Source of the DNA: Phycisphaerales bacterium
GTDB taxonomy: Bacteria; Planctomycetota; Phycisphaerae; Phycisphaerales; UBA1924
Reading direction: 5' to 3'
Length of the DNA stretch: 64,000 nt
NCBI GenBank assembly: GCA_007693765.1
Contig: RECZ01000097.1
Span: 1,862 to 65,861 of the forward strand
Positions 48,381 to 58,300 of the stretch are shown piece after piece. Position 1 is the first letter of the stretch. Every line of letters begins with the position of its first letter. A model generated the notes under the pieces. It did not search any database. It worked only from the letters and a program-made list of their open reading frames with translations, and was not told the DNA's origin. A program made the translations under genes and the position numbers.

Positions 48381-49343
48381 ATGACCTCAACCAGCGAGAA
48401 CGCGCCGGAGATCGTGCTGCCCGAGGCCGTGATGCACCGGCGGACCCCCAAAGACCCTGCCACCGCGACGGTCGTCAAAAACGAGCTTTGCACGGCCAAG
48501 AAGGCCGCGGGGTACGTGCGGCACATCGAGATCGACGTCGGCGGCACGGAACTGGAGAACTGCTGCCTGCCCGGGCAGGCGATCGGCATCCTCGCCGACG
48601 GCGTGGACGAGAACGGCAAGCCCCACAAGGTGCGGCTCTACTCGATCTGCTCGCCCACGGGCGGCGAGGACGGCAAGGGCCGCATCATCGCCACGACCGT
48701 CAAACGGATGATCGACGAACACTGGGAGTCGCGGAAGCTCTTCGTGGGCGTCTCGTCGAACTTCCTGTGCGACCGCAAGCCCGGGGACGAAGTGAAGGTG
48801 AGCGGGCCCAACGGCAAACGCTTCCTCTGCCCCGTCAACCGCAACGACTACAGCTACATCTTCTTCGCGACGGGCACGGGCATCGCGCCCTTCCGGGGCA
48901 TGGCGCTCGATCTCCTGCGGGGGGGGTGCACGAAGCCGATCTACCTCGTAATGGGCGCGCCCTACGCCACCGATCTGCTGTACCACGCGGAGATGCTGAG
49001 CCTCGCCGAAAAACACGAGAACTTCCAGTACGTCACCGCGATCAGCCGTGAGAAGCAACGCGACGGCCATGACCCGCTCTACATCCAGGACCGCATCCGC
49101 ACCGAGCGCGACCAGTTGCTGCCGGTGTTGGGCGACGAGAGCACGCTGATCTACATCTGCGGCATCGCGGGCATGGAGCTGGGCATCTTCCAGCAGCTCG
49201 CGCTGAACCTCAACGGCTCGGCGCTCGAGCAATATCTGCAGGTCGACCCGGAAGCCCTGGCGGACATCCGGCGGTGGGACCGGCGGATGATCCACAAGCA
49301 GGTCCGTCCCACGCGCCGCGTCTTTATGGAGGTCTACGCCTGA
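48381..49343 (+). CDS. Ferredoxin-NADP+ reductase (plant-type FNR family)
   Basis: RLYSICSP (FAD-binding RxYS), GVSSNFLC, YIFFATGTGIAPFRGM (NADP-binding), YICGIAGM, C-terminal ...FMEVYA. Confidence 0.9.
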   Translation: MTSTSENAPEIVLPEAVMHRRTPKDPATATVVKNELCTAKKAAGYVRHIEIDVGGTELENCCLPGQAIGILADGVDENGKPHKVRLYSICSPTGGEDGKGRIIATTVKRMIDEHWESRKLFVGVSSNFLCDRKPGDEVKVSGPNGKRFLCPVNRNDYSYIFFATGTGIAPFRGMALDLLRGGCTKPIYLVMGAPYATDLLYHAEMLSLAEKHENFQYVTAISREKQRDGHDPLYIQDRIRTERDQLLPVLGDESTLIYICGIAGMELGIFQQLALNLNGSALEQYLQVDPEALADIRRWDRRMIHKQVRPTRRVFMEVYA

Positions 49344-49499
49344 GCCGGCGCCCCCGCCGCCCCCGCCGCCCCCGGCTCGCTCGGCTGGACACGCACCCCC
49401 TTCCGGGCCGATGAACCGTGCAGCAGCGCCGCGCGGGGAACACCCCCCGACGCGGCCGATCAATATCGGGTCACACATGTTCAGGAAGGTCGGAGCGTT

Positions 49500-49760
49500 A
49501 TGACACACGTCATCGGTGAGACCTGCATCGGCACCAAAGAAACCGCCTGCGTCGACGTCTGCCCCGTGGATTGCATCCACCCTCGAAAGGACGAGCCGGC
49601 GTTCGAGCAGGTCGACCACCTCACCATCGACCCGGACGCGTGCATCGACTGCGGCCTGTGCGTGGACGAGTGCCCCGTCAAGGCCATTTACCCGGAGGCC
49701 GACCTGCCCCCGGAGTGGAACAAGTACATCCAGATCAACGCGGATTACTACAAAGACTGA
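49500..49760 (+). CDS. 7Fe-type ferredoxin (3Fe-4S + 4Fe-4S)
   Basis: MTHVIGETCIGTKETACVDVCPVDCIHP...CIDCGLCVDECPVKAIY. Confidence 0.9.
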   Translation: MTHVIGETCIGTKETACVDVCPVDCIHPRKDEPAFEQVDHLTIDPDACIDCGLCVDECPVKAIYPEADLPPEWNKYIQINADYYKD

Positions 49761-49778
49761 TCGCGCGTGGCCGCCCGA

Positions 49779-50819
49779 TCATTGGGCGCCGCGGGGCCGC
49801 AGGAACTCGGGGATCGTGAGCTCCCCGCCCTGCACGTCCAGCGATCGATCGTGGTAGGTGTGACAGAGCACGCACGAACTCGGGGCGCCCGCGCTGGGGC
49901 TGTGGCATTCGCGGCACGACATGATCCCGGGCAGCAGGATGTCGCGGGTGCTGACGCTCGTCGGCGCATCGATGTGGCAGGCGACGCACGAGAGCATCGT
50001 GTGCGAGTGGTGCGAGAACACCGCGCGCGTCAGCCAACGATCGGGGATCCGCGGCGGCTCGATGCGGAACGGCTCGCCCGGCGAGGCGTCGGGCACCGGC
50101 TCGATGCCCACGTGACACTTGGCGCAGCTTGTCTCGACCCGGCGCAGGGCGCGGTCGCGCCGCTCGGCGATCCAGGCGTCGGCCTCCGCGCCGCTGGCGA
50201 ACGCGGGCACGGCCTCGGCCCGCGGCGCTTCGGACGGGCCGGCGCGACGGCGCCGGCGACCGGTGTCCTCCTCCGGCTCCGCGGCGTCGTCGGCGTCCGG
50301 CGATTCGGCCCGGGCCCGCAGGGCCCACAGCGCGAGGGCGCCGTCGATGCGCTCCACCACGTGCGCGACCGATCCGTGGGGCACGGGCATGCGCTCGCCC
50401 CTCGGGTCGATCTCGACGGAGCCGAGATCGTCGCTGTGGCAGGCGATGCAGTGCGTGTCGAACCGGATGGGGCGCATGTTCCGCCCGGCGGAGTCCTGCA
50501 CGTGGCAGGAAGCGCACGACATCGACAGCCGGCCGTCGGGCAGCCGCTGCACGTGGGCGCGGGGATCCTTGACGAGGTCGGCGAGGTAGGCCTGCATGCC
50601 CGGGGCGTCGGGGTCCATGTGGCGGGCGTGGTTCAGGAGGATGGGGGTCGCGTCGTACCGGCCCTCGCGCAGCACCTCCCACTCGGGGTGGTCGCGCCAG
50701 AACGAGGTCACGGTGTTGACGATGCGTCCGCTGACCGGCGGGTCGACACGCGGACGCGCCACGACCCACGCCGCGGCGACGCCGGCGGCGAGGCCGATCG
50801 CGATGAGCGCCCAGCGCAT
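49779..50819 (-). CDS. Hexahaem c-type cytochrome with N-terminal anchor or signal
   Basis: Six CxxCH motifs: CASCH, CIACH, CAKCH, CVACH, CRECH, CVLCH. Start MRWALIAIGLAAGVAAAWVV. Its ATG overlaps the upstream stop (TGATG). Confidence 0.85.
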   Translation of the reverse strand: MRWALIAIGLAAGVAAAWVVARPRVDPPVSGRIVNTVTSFWRDHPEWEVLREGRYDATPILLNHARHMDPDAPGMQAYLADLVKDPRAHVQRLPDGRLSMSCASCHVQDSAGRNMRPIRFDTHCIACHSDDLGSVEIDPRGERMPVPHGSVAHVVERIDGALALWALRARAESPDADDAAEPEEDTGRRRRRAGPSEAPRAEAVPAFASGAEADAWIAERRDRALRRVETSCAKCHVGIEPVPDASPGEPFRIEPPRIPDRWLTRAVFSHHSHTMLSCVACHIDAPTSVSTRDILLPGIMSCRECHSPSAGAPSSCVLCHTYHDRSLDVQGGELTIPEFLRPRGAQ

Positions 50820-51370
50820 CACGGCAGGCTCCCGTTGTAGGCGGCGTCCATCGCGGGCGCACGCCCGAAGGCGTTGAGGTCTTTGTGGCACTGGATGCAG
50901 TGATTGTCGGAGATCATGCGCAGGTCGTGGTTCGGGCCCTTGTGCTCGACGTGGCACGCCGCGCAGTTCGAGGACATCCGCACGGCGTGCGCGCCCACCC
51001 CCCCGGAGCCCCTCGCGCCGCTGGCGGTGAACGGCCCGGGCTCACCGACGAACATCGACTGGTACGGGTGGTGCGCCGGGGCGACGTGGCATCGGAGGCA
51101 GGCGCTGTCCTGCACGGGCAGCCAGAAGCCGCTGCGCTCCGGGTCCGGTTGGTGGCATTGGGAGCAGTCGTCGGCGAACACCGCGTGGGCGGTGGTGAGC
51201 GGGCCGGCGCTGTACATGGAGAAATCCGCTCGCAGCCACGAGGCGCCCACCCAGCCGGCGGCGAGCGCCATCGCGATCAGGCCGATGCGACGCGGCCAGA
51301 CATCGTGCCAGTGATGCTCCCGCACGTAGCGGAGGTCGAAGCGTTCGCTGAGCGGTTCTATGTTGCGCAT
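50819..51370 (-). CDS. Membrane-anchored tetrahaem cytochrome c (NapC/NirT/NrfH-like architecture)
   Basis: One TM helix, IGLIAMALAAGWVGASWL, then CSQCH, CLRCH, CAACH, CIQCH. Confidence 0.8.
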   Translation of the reverse strand: MRNIEPLSERFDLRYVREHHWHDVWPRRIGLIAMALAAGWVGASWLRADFSMYSAGPLTTAHAVFADDCSQCHQPDPERSGFWLPVQDSACLRCHVAPAHHPYQSMFVGEPGPFTASGARGSGGVGAHAVRMSSNCAACHVEHKGPNHDLRMISDNHCIQCHKDLNAFGRAPAMDAAYNGSLP

Positions 51371-51375
51371 CGTGA

Positions 51376-52263
51376 TCAGATCCCCTTCCACCGCAACGCG
51401 ACCACCGCGTGCACAATCGCGAGCACGATGAGCGCCCAACTCGCCGGGACGTGCACGATCAGCCACGCGAAGAGCACGATCATCATCCGGCGCTGCCGCT
51501 GGAACTCACGCCGGCGTTCGCACAGGGACGCGAGTTCGTCCACCGCGCCGTGCAGCCGCGGCGGCGTCATCGTGCGCAGCGCCATGAACAGGGAGGCCGC
51601 GCGGTCGGTCTGCGCGAGCTGCGAGCCCGGGTCGCCTTCGAGGAACGGCTTGAGGTAGTCGCGGTAGAAGCGGGCGATGGGCTCGCCGGCCTCGGGCGCA
51701 TCGGGCTCCGGCGGCGTGTACTCGAGGTCCGCGGAGATGGCCGCGGTCTTGGGCGCTTCGAGCGAGCCGGCGCTCTCGATGACGACCTGCTCGGCGAGCG
51801 TGCGGATGTTCTCGAGCTGCCTGCCGAGCTGCTGGTAGAGCGTCTCGCCGGGCACGCTGTGCAGGAGCAGACGCGGCAGGAACTGCTGGAGCAGGATGCC
51901 CGCGAAGCCGCTGAGCGTGACGAACCCGAGCAGCACCCAGAGCAGCGTCGTCAGCGTGCCGCCCGTCTTGAACGCGCCGTGCAGCCCGACGAGCAGCACC
52001 GTCAGCAAGCCCAGCCACACGTGCGCACGCAGCCACGTCTTCGCCTTTCCGATGCGCCAGTGCGGCACGCGGCGCTTGAGCGAGAGCGCGGCGCAGAAGA
52101 GCATGATCGCCAGCGCGCACGAGCCCAGCGTGATGCCCACCGCGGTCGATCCGGACGGGCCGTTGAGGTGGCGCGGCGCGTCCCACAGGTACACGGCCAC
52201 GGCGGCCGCGCCGATGAGGGCCGTCGCCAACGCCCACCGAGATTGTGTGCGGTCGATCAGCAC
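51376..52263 (-). CDS. Integral membrane protein (4-5 TM helices) with conserved-looking His residues; possible b-type haem or quinone-interacting subunit
   Basis: GTG start. TM segments ALATALIGAAAVAVYLW, GITLGSCALAIMLFCAAL, HVWLGLLTVLLVGLHGAF, LLWVLLGFVTLSGFAGILL, MMIVLFAWLIVHVPASWALIVLAIVHAVV. The function is inferred from context only. Confidence 0.6.
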   Translation of the reverse strand: MLIDRTQSRWALATALIGAAAVAVYLWDAPRHLNGPSGSTAVGITLGSCALAIMLFCAALSLKRRVPHWRIGKAKTWLRAHVWLGLLTVLLVGLHGAFKTGGTLTTLLWVLLGFVTLSGFAGILLQQFLPRLLLHSVPGETLYQQLGRQLENIRTLAEQVVIESAGSLEAPKTAAISADLEYTPPEPDAPEAGEPIARFYRDYLKPFLEGDPGSQLAQTDRAASLFMALRTMTPPRLHGAVDELASLCERRREFQRQRRMMIVLFAWLIVHVPASWALIVLAIVHAVVALRWKGI

Positions 52264-52273
52264 GCGTGGGGCC

Positions 52274-53914
52274 TCATTTCGCGGCGTCCTCCGCCGAGGG
52301 GAAGAGGCCGCTGGCCTCGAGGAAGTCGCGCGCGTTGACGCGCACCGCGGCGTCGTGCGGGCAGGCGTAGACGCACGCCGGCCCGGTGGGCAGCGAGGTG
52401 CACTGGTCGCAGACGATGGCCCGCTCCGTGACGTTCACGACCTCGCCCGTCTCCGCGTAGCGCTTGGCGCGCTCGCTCTCCTCCTCGCCCAGCGCCTCGA
52501 GCGGGTGGAGTTGGATCGAGCTGTACGGGCACTGCTTGGCGCACACGCCGCAGCCCACGCACCAGTCCTCGATGAAGATGTTCAGGTCTTCGGTGCGACG
52601 GATCGAACCGACGGGGCAGCCGATCATGCACACCGGGTCCATGCACATGCGGCACGACGCGGGCACGAGGTACTTCTCGTAGCGCGGCCCCTCGCGCACG
52701 ATGCGGGAGATGTTGTCCTCGTGGGCGCTGGCGCACGCCTGTGCGCACTGGTCGCAGCGGGTGCACTTCTCGAGGTCGATGAGCATGAGGTTCTGGCCCT
52801 GGAGCAGGCCGAGGTCCTCGACCTCGCGGGGCTGGACGGTGGGCAGGATGGTCAGGGCGGCGCGCTGCTGCTCGCGCACCCGCTGGGCGGCGACGCGTTC
52901 GAGGCGGTCGACGAGGTCGGGGAAGCGCCGGATGACGCGCTCGAAGTGCTCTTTACCGATGCGCACCAACTCGACGCGTGCGGCGCGCCGCTTGCGCCCG
53001 CTCTCGATCACGGGGTGGTCGACGGCGCTGCACGTGGCGTTGCGGGGCGCGTTGCGCAGGAGCCCCGTCTCGCCGAAGAAGTCGCCGCGGGTGAGATAGG
53101 CGAGGTAGCGCACGCCGCCGGGGAACGCCTTGCCCACGCGGACCTGCCCGAGCCGCACGATGTACATCGCATCGGCCTCTTCGCCCTCGTTGAAGATCGT
53201 CGTGCCGGCCTCGAACGCGACGAGCTCGGCGCAGTCGCGGAGCTCCTCGATCGCGTTGTCGGGGAGCGACGAGAAGATGGGCACGTTGCGGAGGTGGTTG
53301 TCGAGGGCGCGCTCGCGGTACTTGGCGTCGGTGCGCTCCTTGAACGTCTTGGAGCGCTGCAACGCCTCGTACATGTTGCGCAGGATCTCGATCATCTCGC
53401 AGTCGGTCTCCGCGACGACCGTCGCGGATCGCGGGGCGAGGTTCAGGCACGACATCTCCCCGAAGACCTCCCCGGCGTTGAGCCGGGTGGCCAGTTCCCC
53501 GTAGCGCAGGTCGGCGCTGCCGGCGTCGATGGGGATGAGGCGGTCCGGGGGGTGCGTGGGCTTGCCGATGCGACGCTGACCGAGCGCTGCGCCGATCCGC
53601 GCGAGGAGCCCCGTGGGGCGCGACGCCGCGGCGCCGACACGCCGCCCGATGAAGACCTCGACCACGCCGTCGATGATGTAGAACGCCGTCGTCCCGCCCT
53701 CGCCCTCGCGGCAGATCACGTCGCCGGCCTTGAAGCGGCGACGGCGCACCGTCCCCGGGAACTTCTCCAGCGTGCGCTCGTCGACATCGGCGAAAATGTC
53801 GACGGCGCGGATTTCTTCGTTGCTCATCACGCGGCCTTCGGAGAAGGTCGCGATCGGCATGGCTTTCGCCATGGCCACCCTTTCCCGCCCACATGGGGCG
53901 TCGGAACCTGTCAT
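52274..53914 (-). CDS. Fusion protein: two cyclic-nucleotide-binding domains + four-cluster [4Fe-4S] ferredoxin module (NrfC/HybA/DmsB-like)
   Basis: cNMP domains: FKAGDVICREGEGGTTAFYIIDGVVEV...GEVFGEMSCL...RSATVVA and FEAGTTIFNEGEEADAMYIVRLGQVRV...GDFFGETGLL...RNATCSA. Fe-S motifs: CTRCDQCAQAC, CRMCMDPVCMIGCP, CVGCGVCAKQCP, CDQC...CVYACP. Start uncertain (53914, 53875 or 53827). Confidence 0.85.
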   Translation of the reverse strand: MTGSDAPCGRERVAMAKAMPIATFSEGRVMSNEEIRAVDIFADVDERTLEKFPGTVRRRRFKAGDVICREGEGGTTAFYIIDGVVEVFIGRRVGAAASRPTGLLARIGAALGQRRIGKPTHPPDRLIPIDAGSADLRYGELATRLNAGEVFGEMSCLNLAPRSATVVAETDCEMIEILRNMYEALQRSKTFKERTDAKYRERALDNHLRNVPIFSSLPDNAIEELRDCAELVAFEAGTTIFNEGEEADAMYIVRLGQVRVGKAFPGGVRYLAYLTRGDFFGETGLLRNAPRNATCSAVDHPVIESGRKRRAARVELVRIGKEHFERVIRRFPDLVDRLERVAAQRVREQQRAALTILPTVQPREVEDLGLLQGQNLMLIDLEKCTRCDQCAQACASAHEDNISRIVREGPRYEKYLVPASCRMCMDPVCMIGCPVGSIRRTEDLNIFIEDWCVGCGVCAKQCPYSSIQLHPLEALGEEESERAKRYAETGEVVNVTERAIVCDQCTSLPTGPACVYACPHDAAVRVNARDFLEASGLFPSAEDAAK

Positions 53915-54086
53915 GGCCCCGTCGTGATCGGTCGATTATGAGGGCTGGGGCGTCCGTCCCGCAACCGCGCGCCGGGAGTTTGTATCGACCCGTGGGCGCA
54001 AAACCGTTGACTCGTGACATGGGGCGTGGTCCACTAGGGCTCGCGACCCCCCACCCGCGAAGGGCGGACGCAAGGAGCGAATCGCC

Positions 54087-55277
54087 GTGAAGACTGCTGA
54101 TGCCAACCGTCCGATCCGCGTGCTGAGCCTCGGCGCCTTGGGCGCGCTGAGCGGCGCCCTGCTCGTCGCGCTCGTCAGCGGCGCCTCGGGGCGCCAGCCC
54201 GCCCCGCCCATCACCGAAGCCCTCGCCGGGCCGGGCATGAGCGTCCTGCCGCGACTCATCTACATGGGCAACCCCACCTGCACCGGCAGCGCCTGCCACA
54301 GCGCCGACTCGCCCAGCGACATCGCCGGCCGCATGATCGGCGACGAGTTCAACATCTGGTCCGACAGCGACCCCCACGCCAACGCCTTCCGCTCGCTCAG
54401 CGACGACCTCTCCAAGCAGATCGCCGAGCGGCTCAGCATCCCCGACGCCACCGTCTCCGGGCGCTGCCTCACATGCCACACCATGCCCGTCCCCGAGCCG
54501 CAACGGGGCGAGCGCTTCGACGTCCGCAACGCCGTCGGCTGCGAGGCCTGCCACGGCCCCGGCGAGAAGTACCTCGAGCCGCACACCGCCGAGGGCTGGT
54601 ACGGGCGCCAGCGCGAGACACTCGACGCCCGCGGGTTTCTCGACACATGGGGCGTAATCGACACAACGAACATCTCGGTGCGGGCCACCATGTGCACGGC
54701 GTGCCACCTGAACATCGACCGCGACCTGCTCGACGCCGGGCATCCCCCGCTCAAGTTCGAGATGTTCGGGTACGACAACTACGTCTTTGACGAAGGCTTC
54801 CGCCGCCACTGGTCCAACCCCAAGGGCAAGATGTTCGACGCCCGACTCTGGGCCGTCGGACAGGCCGTGGCGCTCCAGGCCGCCAAGGCCCAGCGCGACT
54901 CGTGGAAGGCCAAGGGCTGGGACGTGGCCGACGCCGAGGCGCTCATCCGCATCTACGAGCAGGGCGTGCAGATCGTCCGCACGCACTTCGGGTCGGATGT
55001 CCCCGGCGCCCTCGATCGCGCCGAGATCACGCCCGCCAAGGCCGGCGCGGCCGCGAAGGACCTCGCCGCGCTCGCCGCCGGCGCGAGCACGCCCCTGCAC
55101 ATGGAGGTGCTGGCCTACGGCGTGGGCGCGCTCGTCGCGGCGTGCTACGACGCCAAGGGCGCGGAGCTCGACGACAACTTCTACGACGCCTTCTTCGACG
55201 CCCTCGACGCGGCCGCCGATGGAGACGCCGGCGCGTTCAAGGATTCGGCCGCTGCGCTCGCGGCCCTGGCGACCTGA
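54087..55277 (+). CDS. Secreted multihaem cytochrome c (cytochrome c554-like family), 4 haem motifs
   Basis: GTG start 9 nt after AAGGAG. Signal RVLSLGALGALSGALLVALVSGA. Motifs CTGSACH (CX4CH), CLTCH, GCEACHGPGEKYLEPH, CTACH. Confidence 0.8.
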   Translation: MKTADANRPIRVLSLGALGALSGALLVALVSGASGRQPAPPITEALAGPGMSVLPRLIYMGNPTCTGSACHSADSPSDIAGRMIGDEFNIWSDSDPHANAFRSLSDDLSKQIAERLSIPDATVSGRCLTCHTMPVPEPQRGERFDVRNAVGCEACHGPGEKYLEPHTAEGWYGRQRETLDARGFLDTWGVIDTTNISVRATMCTACHLNIDRDLLDAGHPPLKFEMFGYDNYVFDEGFRRHWSNPKGKMFDARLWAVGQAVALQAAKAQRDSWKAKGWDVADAEALIRIYEQGVQIVRTHFGSDVPGALDRAEITPAKAGAAAKDLAALAAGASTPLHMEVLAYGVGALVAACYDAKGAELDDNFYDAFFDALDAAADGDAGAFKDSAAALAALAT

Positions 55278-55336
55278 GCCGCGACGGATAGACACCTGCA
55301 CGCACGTTCCCACACCCCGCGGCGTATCCGCCCTTA

Positions 55337-58300
55337 TTAGAACCCGCCGAAGGGGCTGCGCGGGAACTTCACGTACGGCAGTCGGATGGAGCGGCCGCTG
55401 GTGTCGACCATCACTTGGTCGGCGGTGACGACGGCGCCGTATTCCTGAAGATTGGTGGCGCCGACGAAGGCGACGAAGTCGTCCTGCTCGATGCCGTCGC
55501 CGGAGACGCCGATGCCGCCGACGAGCACGCCGTTGCGGTAGAGCGGCACGCTGCCGGGGAAGATCTGCAATCCGTTGGCGATAGGCAGCGAGGGATCGGT
55601 CACGCCGCGGGCGCCGAGGAGACCGGCGTTGAAGAGCCGAAGGGCCTCGCCGTCGGAGCCGGCGCTGGCGTACTCGTTGAGGTAGCCGACGAGATTGGTG
55701 ATGAGCAGTTGCGTCTGCAAGCCGGTGTTGAAGACGCTGAAGACCTCGCCGGGAGCGATGCTGAAGGGGCCGGGCGTCGTCCCCGGGATGCCGTCGGGCA
55801 GGAAGGGACGGGCGAGGAAGCCGCCGGCACGGTCACTGATCGCCACCGAGCCGTCGAGCGCGAGGCCGATGGCGTTGGCGCGGTCGGCGAACGAGGCGAA
55901 GGCGCCGCCCTCGGCGTTGCGCAGCAGGTCGCCGGTGTCGAGGCGGCTCATGGTCACCGCCGTGCGGGCCTTCTGCACCGAGACGTCGAACCCGAAGACC
56001 GGAGCGTCGGGCGAACGGAAGACGCCCAGTAGATTGCCCTCGGCGTCCACCACCGACACCGTGACCTGTGAGACCTGCGGCCTGTCCTTGCGGATCTGCG
56101 CCCGCAGCATGGCGTTGAGGTCGTGGGCGCGCCGCAGCGCCTCCTGCACATCGGCCTGCGAGAGGTGCTCGCCCTGATTCAGGCGCCCCGCGCGGGTGAG
56201 GGCCGCGGCGTCGTTGGGCGTGATCTCGGCGACGCCGGCGGGCGCGCCGGGCGAGGCAATGTTCACGCGGGCGACGCGGTCGGTGAGCGGGCTGACGCCG
56301 ACGAGGAAGCGGTCCGGCCCGGCCACGAGGATGCGCCCCTGCGCGAGCGCGCCGATGGGGTCTGCCAGCGCCTCGCCGGGAGCGAGCGTCGCGCCGTTGG
56401 CGGGCGAGAGCATGAACTGCTCGCCCGTCACGCTGTTCTGCAGGACAATCGCATCGTCGGCGGGGTCGCCCGTGCCCTTGTCGTCGTAGGCGATGGCGCC
56501 GAAGCGCTGGTGGGGCGCGCCGACATCGGAGCCCGGCGCTGTGAGGTTGCGCAGCACGGTGAGGGCGGCGGTGTTGGGGTTGATGCGCACGAGTTGCCGC
56601 TGCGGGCCCGATTCACGCACCGCGAAGACGGCGCTCGGACCGACCGTGAACGACTGCACCGCCCCCGCGCCGACACTCGTCAACGCGGCGAACGAGGCGG
56701 GGTTCGTGACGTCCGTCAGATCGACGCGGAAGAGCTGGCCGGTGGTCACGCTCACGCCGATCATCGCGGGCGAGCCGGCGTTGTCGAAGTACGCGGCGTC
56801 GCGCAAGACGGCGTCCGGGTTGGCGACCGTCTCGGCGGGCGTGGAGGCGCCGGTGTTGGCGTTGTAGCGCACCACGCGCCCCTGTTCGCTGACGACGAAG
56901 TGCGCATCGTCGCCAGTGACGCCGGGCGTGCCGGCGTCGTCGTAGACGAGCGAGAGCACGCGCTCGCCGGGGTCCAGCCGGGCGCCGGGGGCGTTCACGC
57001 CGCCGATGGTCGCCAGCACGGTGGCGGCGCCGGTGGAGGCGTTGATGCGCACGAGTTGTGTGGAGAGGTCCGCGCGTTCGCGCACGCCGAACAGGGCGTT
57101 CTCCCCCACCGCGACGGCCGAGTAGCGGCTGGAGGCGAGGTCGCCGATCGTCTCGCCGAGCCGCCCGCCGAGGGCGGTGGTGGTGAAGATGGTGGCGTCG
57201 CTGACGCGCGGCTGTGTGATGACTTCGAGCCGGCCCGCGGCCTCCTGGTTCGCGAAGGGCTCGATGAACGGCGTGAGCCTTCTGATCCTGTCGGGATTGC
57301 CGCGCTGGTACGCGAGGCGAACGCCCTCGACGAAGACGCGGTCGCCGCGGATCTGCCTGGGCGCCTCGAAGCCGATCTGCCCCGCGAGGGCGATGCGCTC
57401 CTCGGCGGTCTGCTTGCCCTTGCGCGTGAGCTCCGCCGTGTACTGCCCGTCAAGTTCGACGCCGATGCCGCCGAGCAGTTGCCCGTCGCGGTAGAGCGGC
57501 ACGCCGCCGGGGTCGGCCGCGAGCCCGAGGGGCAGGCGGTTGATGTCGCTCGTGGGGAGGTTGGAGAACTGCACGCCGAAGAGCGGGCCGGAGGGCTTGT
57601 TGCGGATCTGCGGCGGGAAGTTGGGCTGGATGATGAAGCCCGCGGTGCGGGTGGTGAAGGCGTTGCCGTTGGAGGAGAGGAACGCGGCGGTGCCGGCCTT
57701 CGTGGCCGCGGCCATGGCGCTGGGCACGCTCACGCCCTCGAGCCCGCCGCTGCCGCCGCCGGTGATGGTGGTCGTCGTGGGGGCGGAGGCGAGGGCGCCG
57801 TCGGTCATGCGCACGGCGCCGAGCACCGTGCCCTCGCGGTCCATCAGCACGATGGTGGCGTTGACGCCGAGGCGGCGCGCCTGCGCGACGGCCTGCTCGA
57901 TGATGCGCTCCACATCGGCCTCGATGAGCGCGACGCCGGGGCTGGGCAGCGGGTCGATCACGGCGCTGCCCACGACGCCCACGCCGCTGCGGGGCTTGTC
58001 GGTGAGGTCATAGCCGTCGACGTGGATCGCGCCGAGCGTCGCGGCGTAGATGCCGGGGTTCACGTGCTCGGAGTGCTCGCCGACGATCAGCCCGCCGACG
58101 TGCAGTCGGGCGATCTCGCCGCCGCGGAGGATGTCGCCGTCGCGGAAGCGCAGGTCGGGGCCGGGGGCGCCGCCGGCGCTGATGATGGAGTCCACCACGT
58201 CGGCGCCGACCACCACCTCGCCGATGGTCCCGACGTTGAACGCCGCGCCCTCGAGCGTGAAGCCGGGGCCGAGGATCGTGCCCGCCATGAGCAGCGAGTC

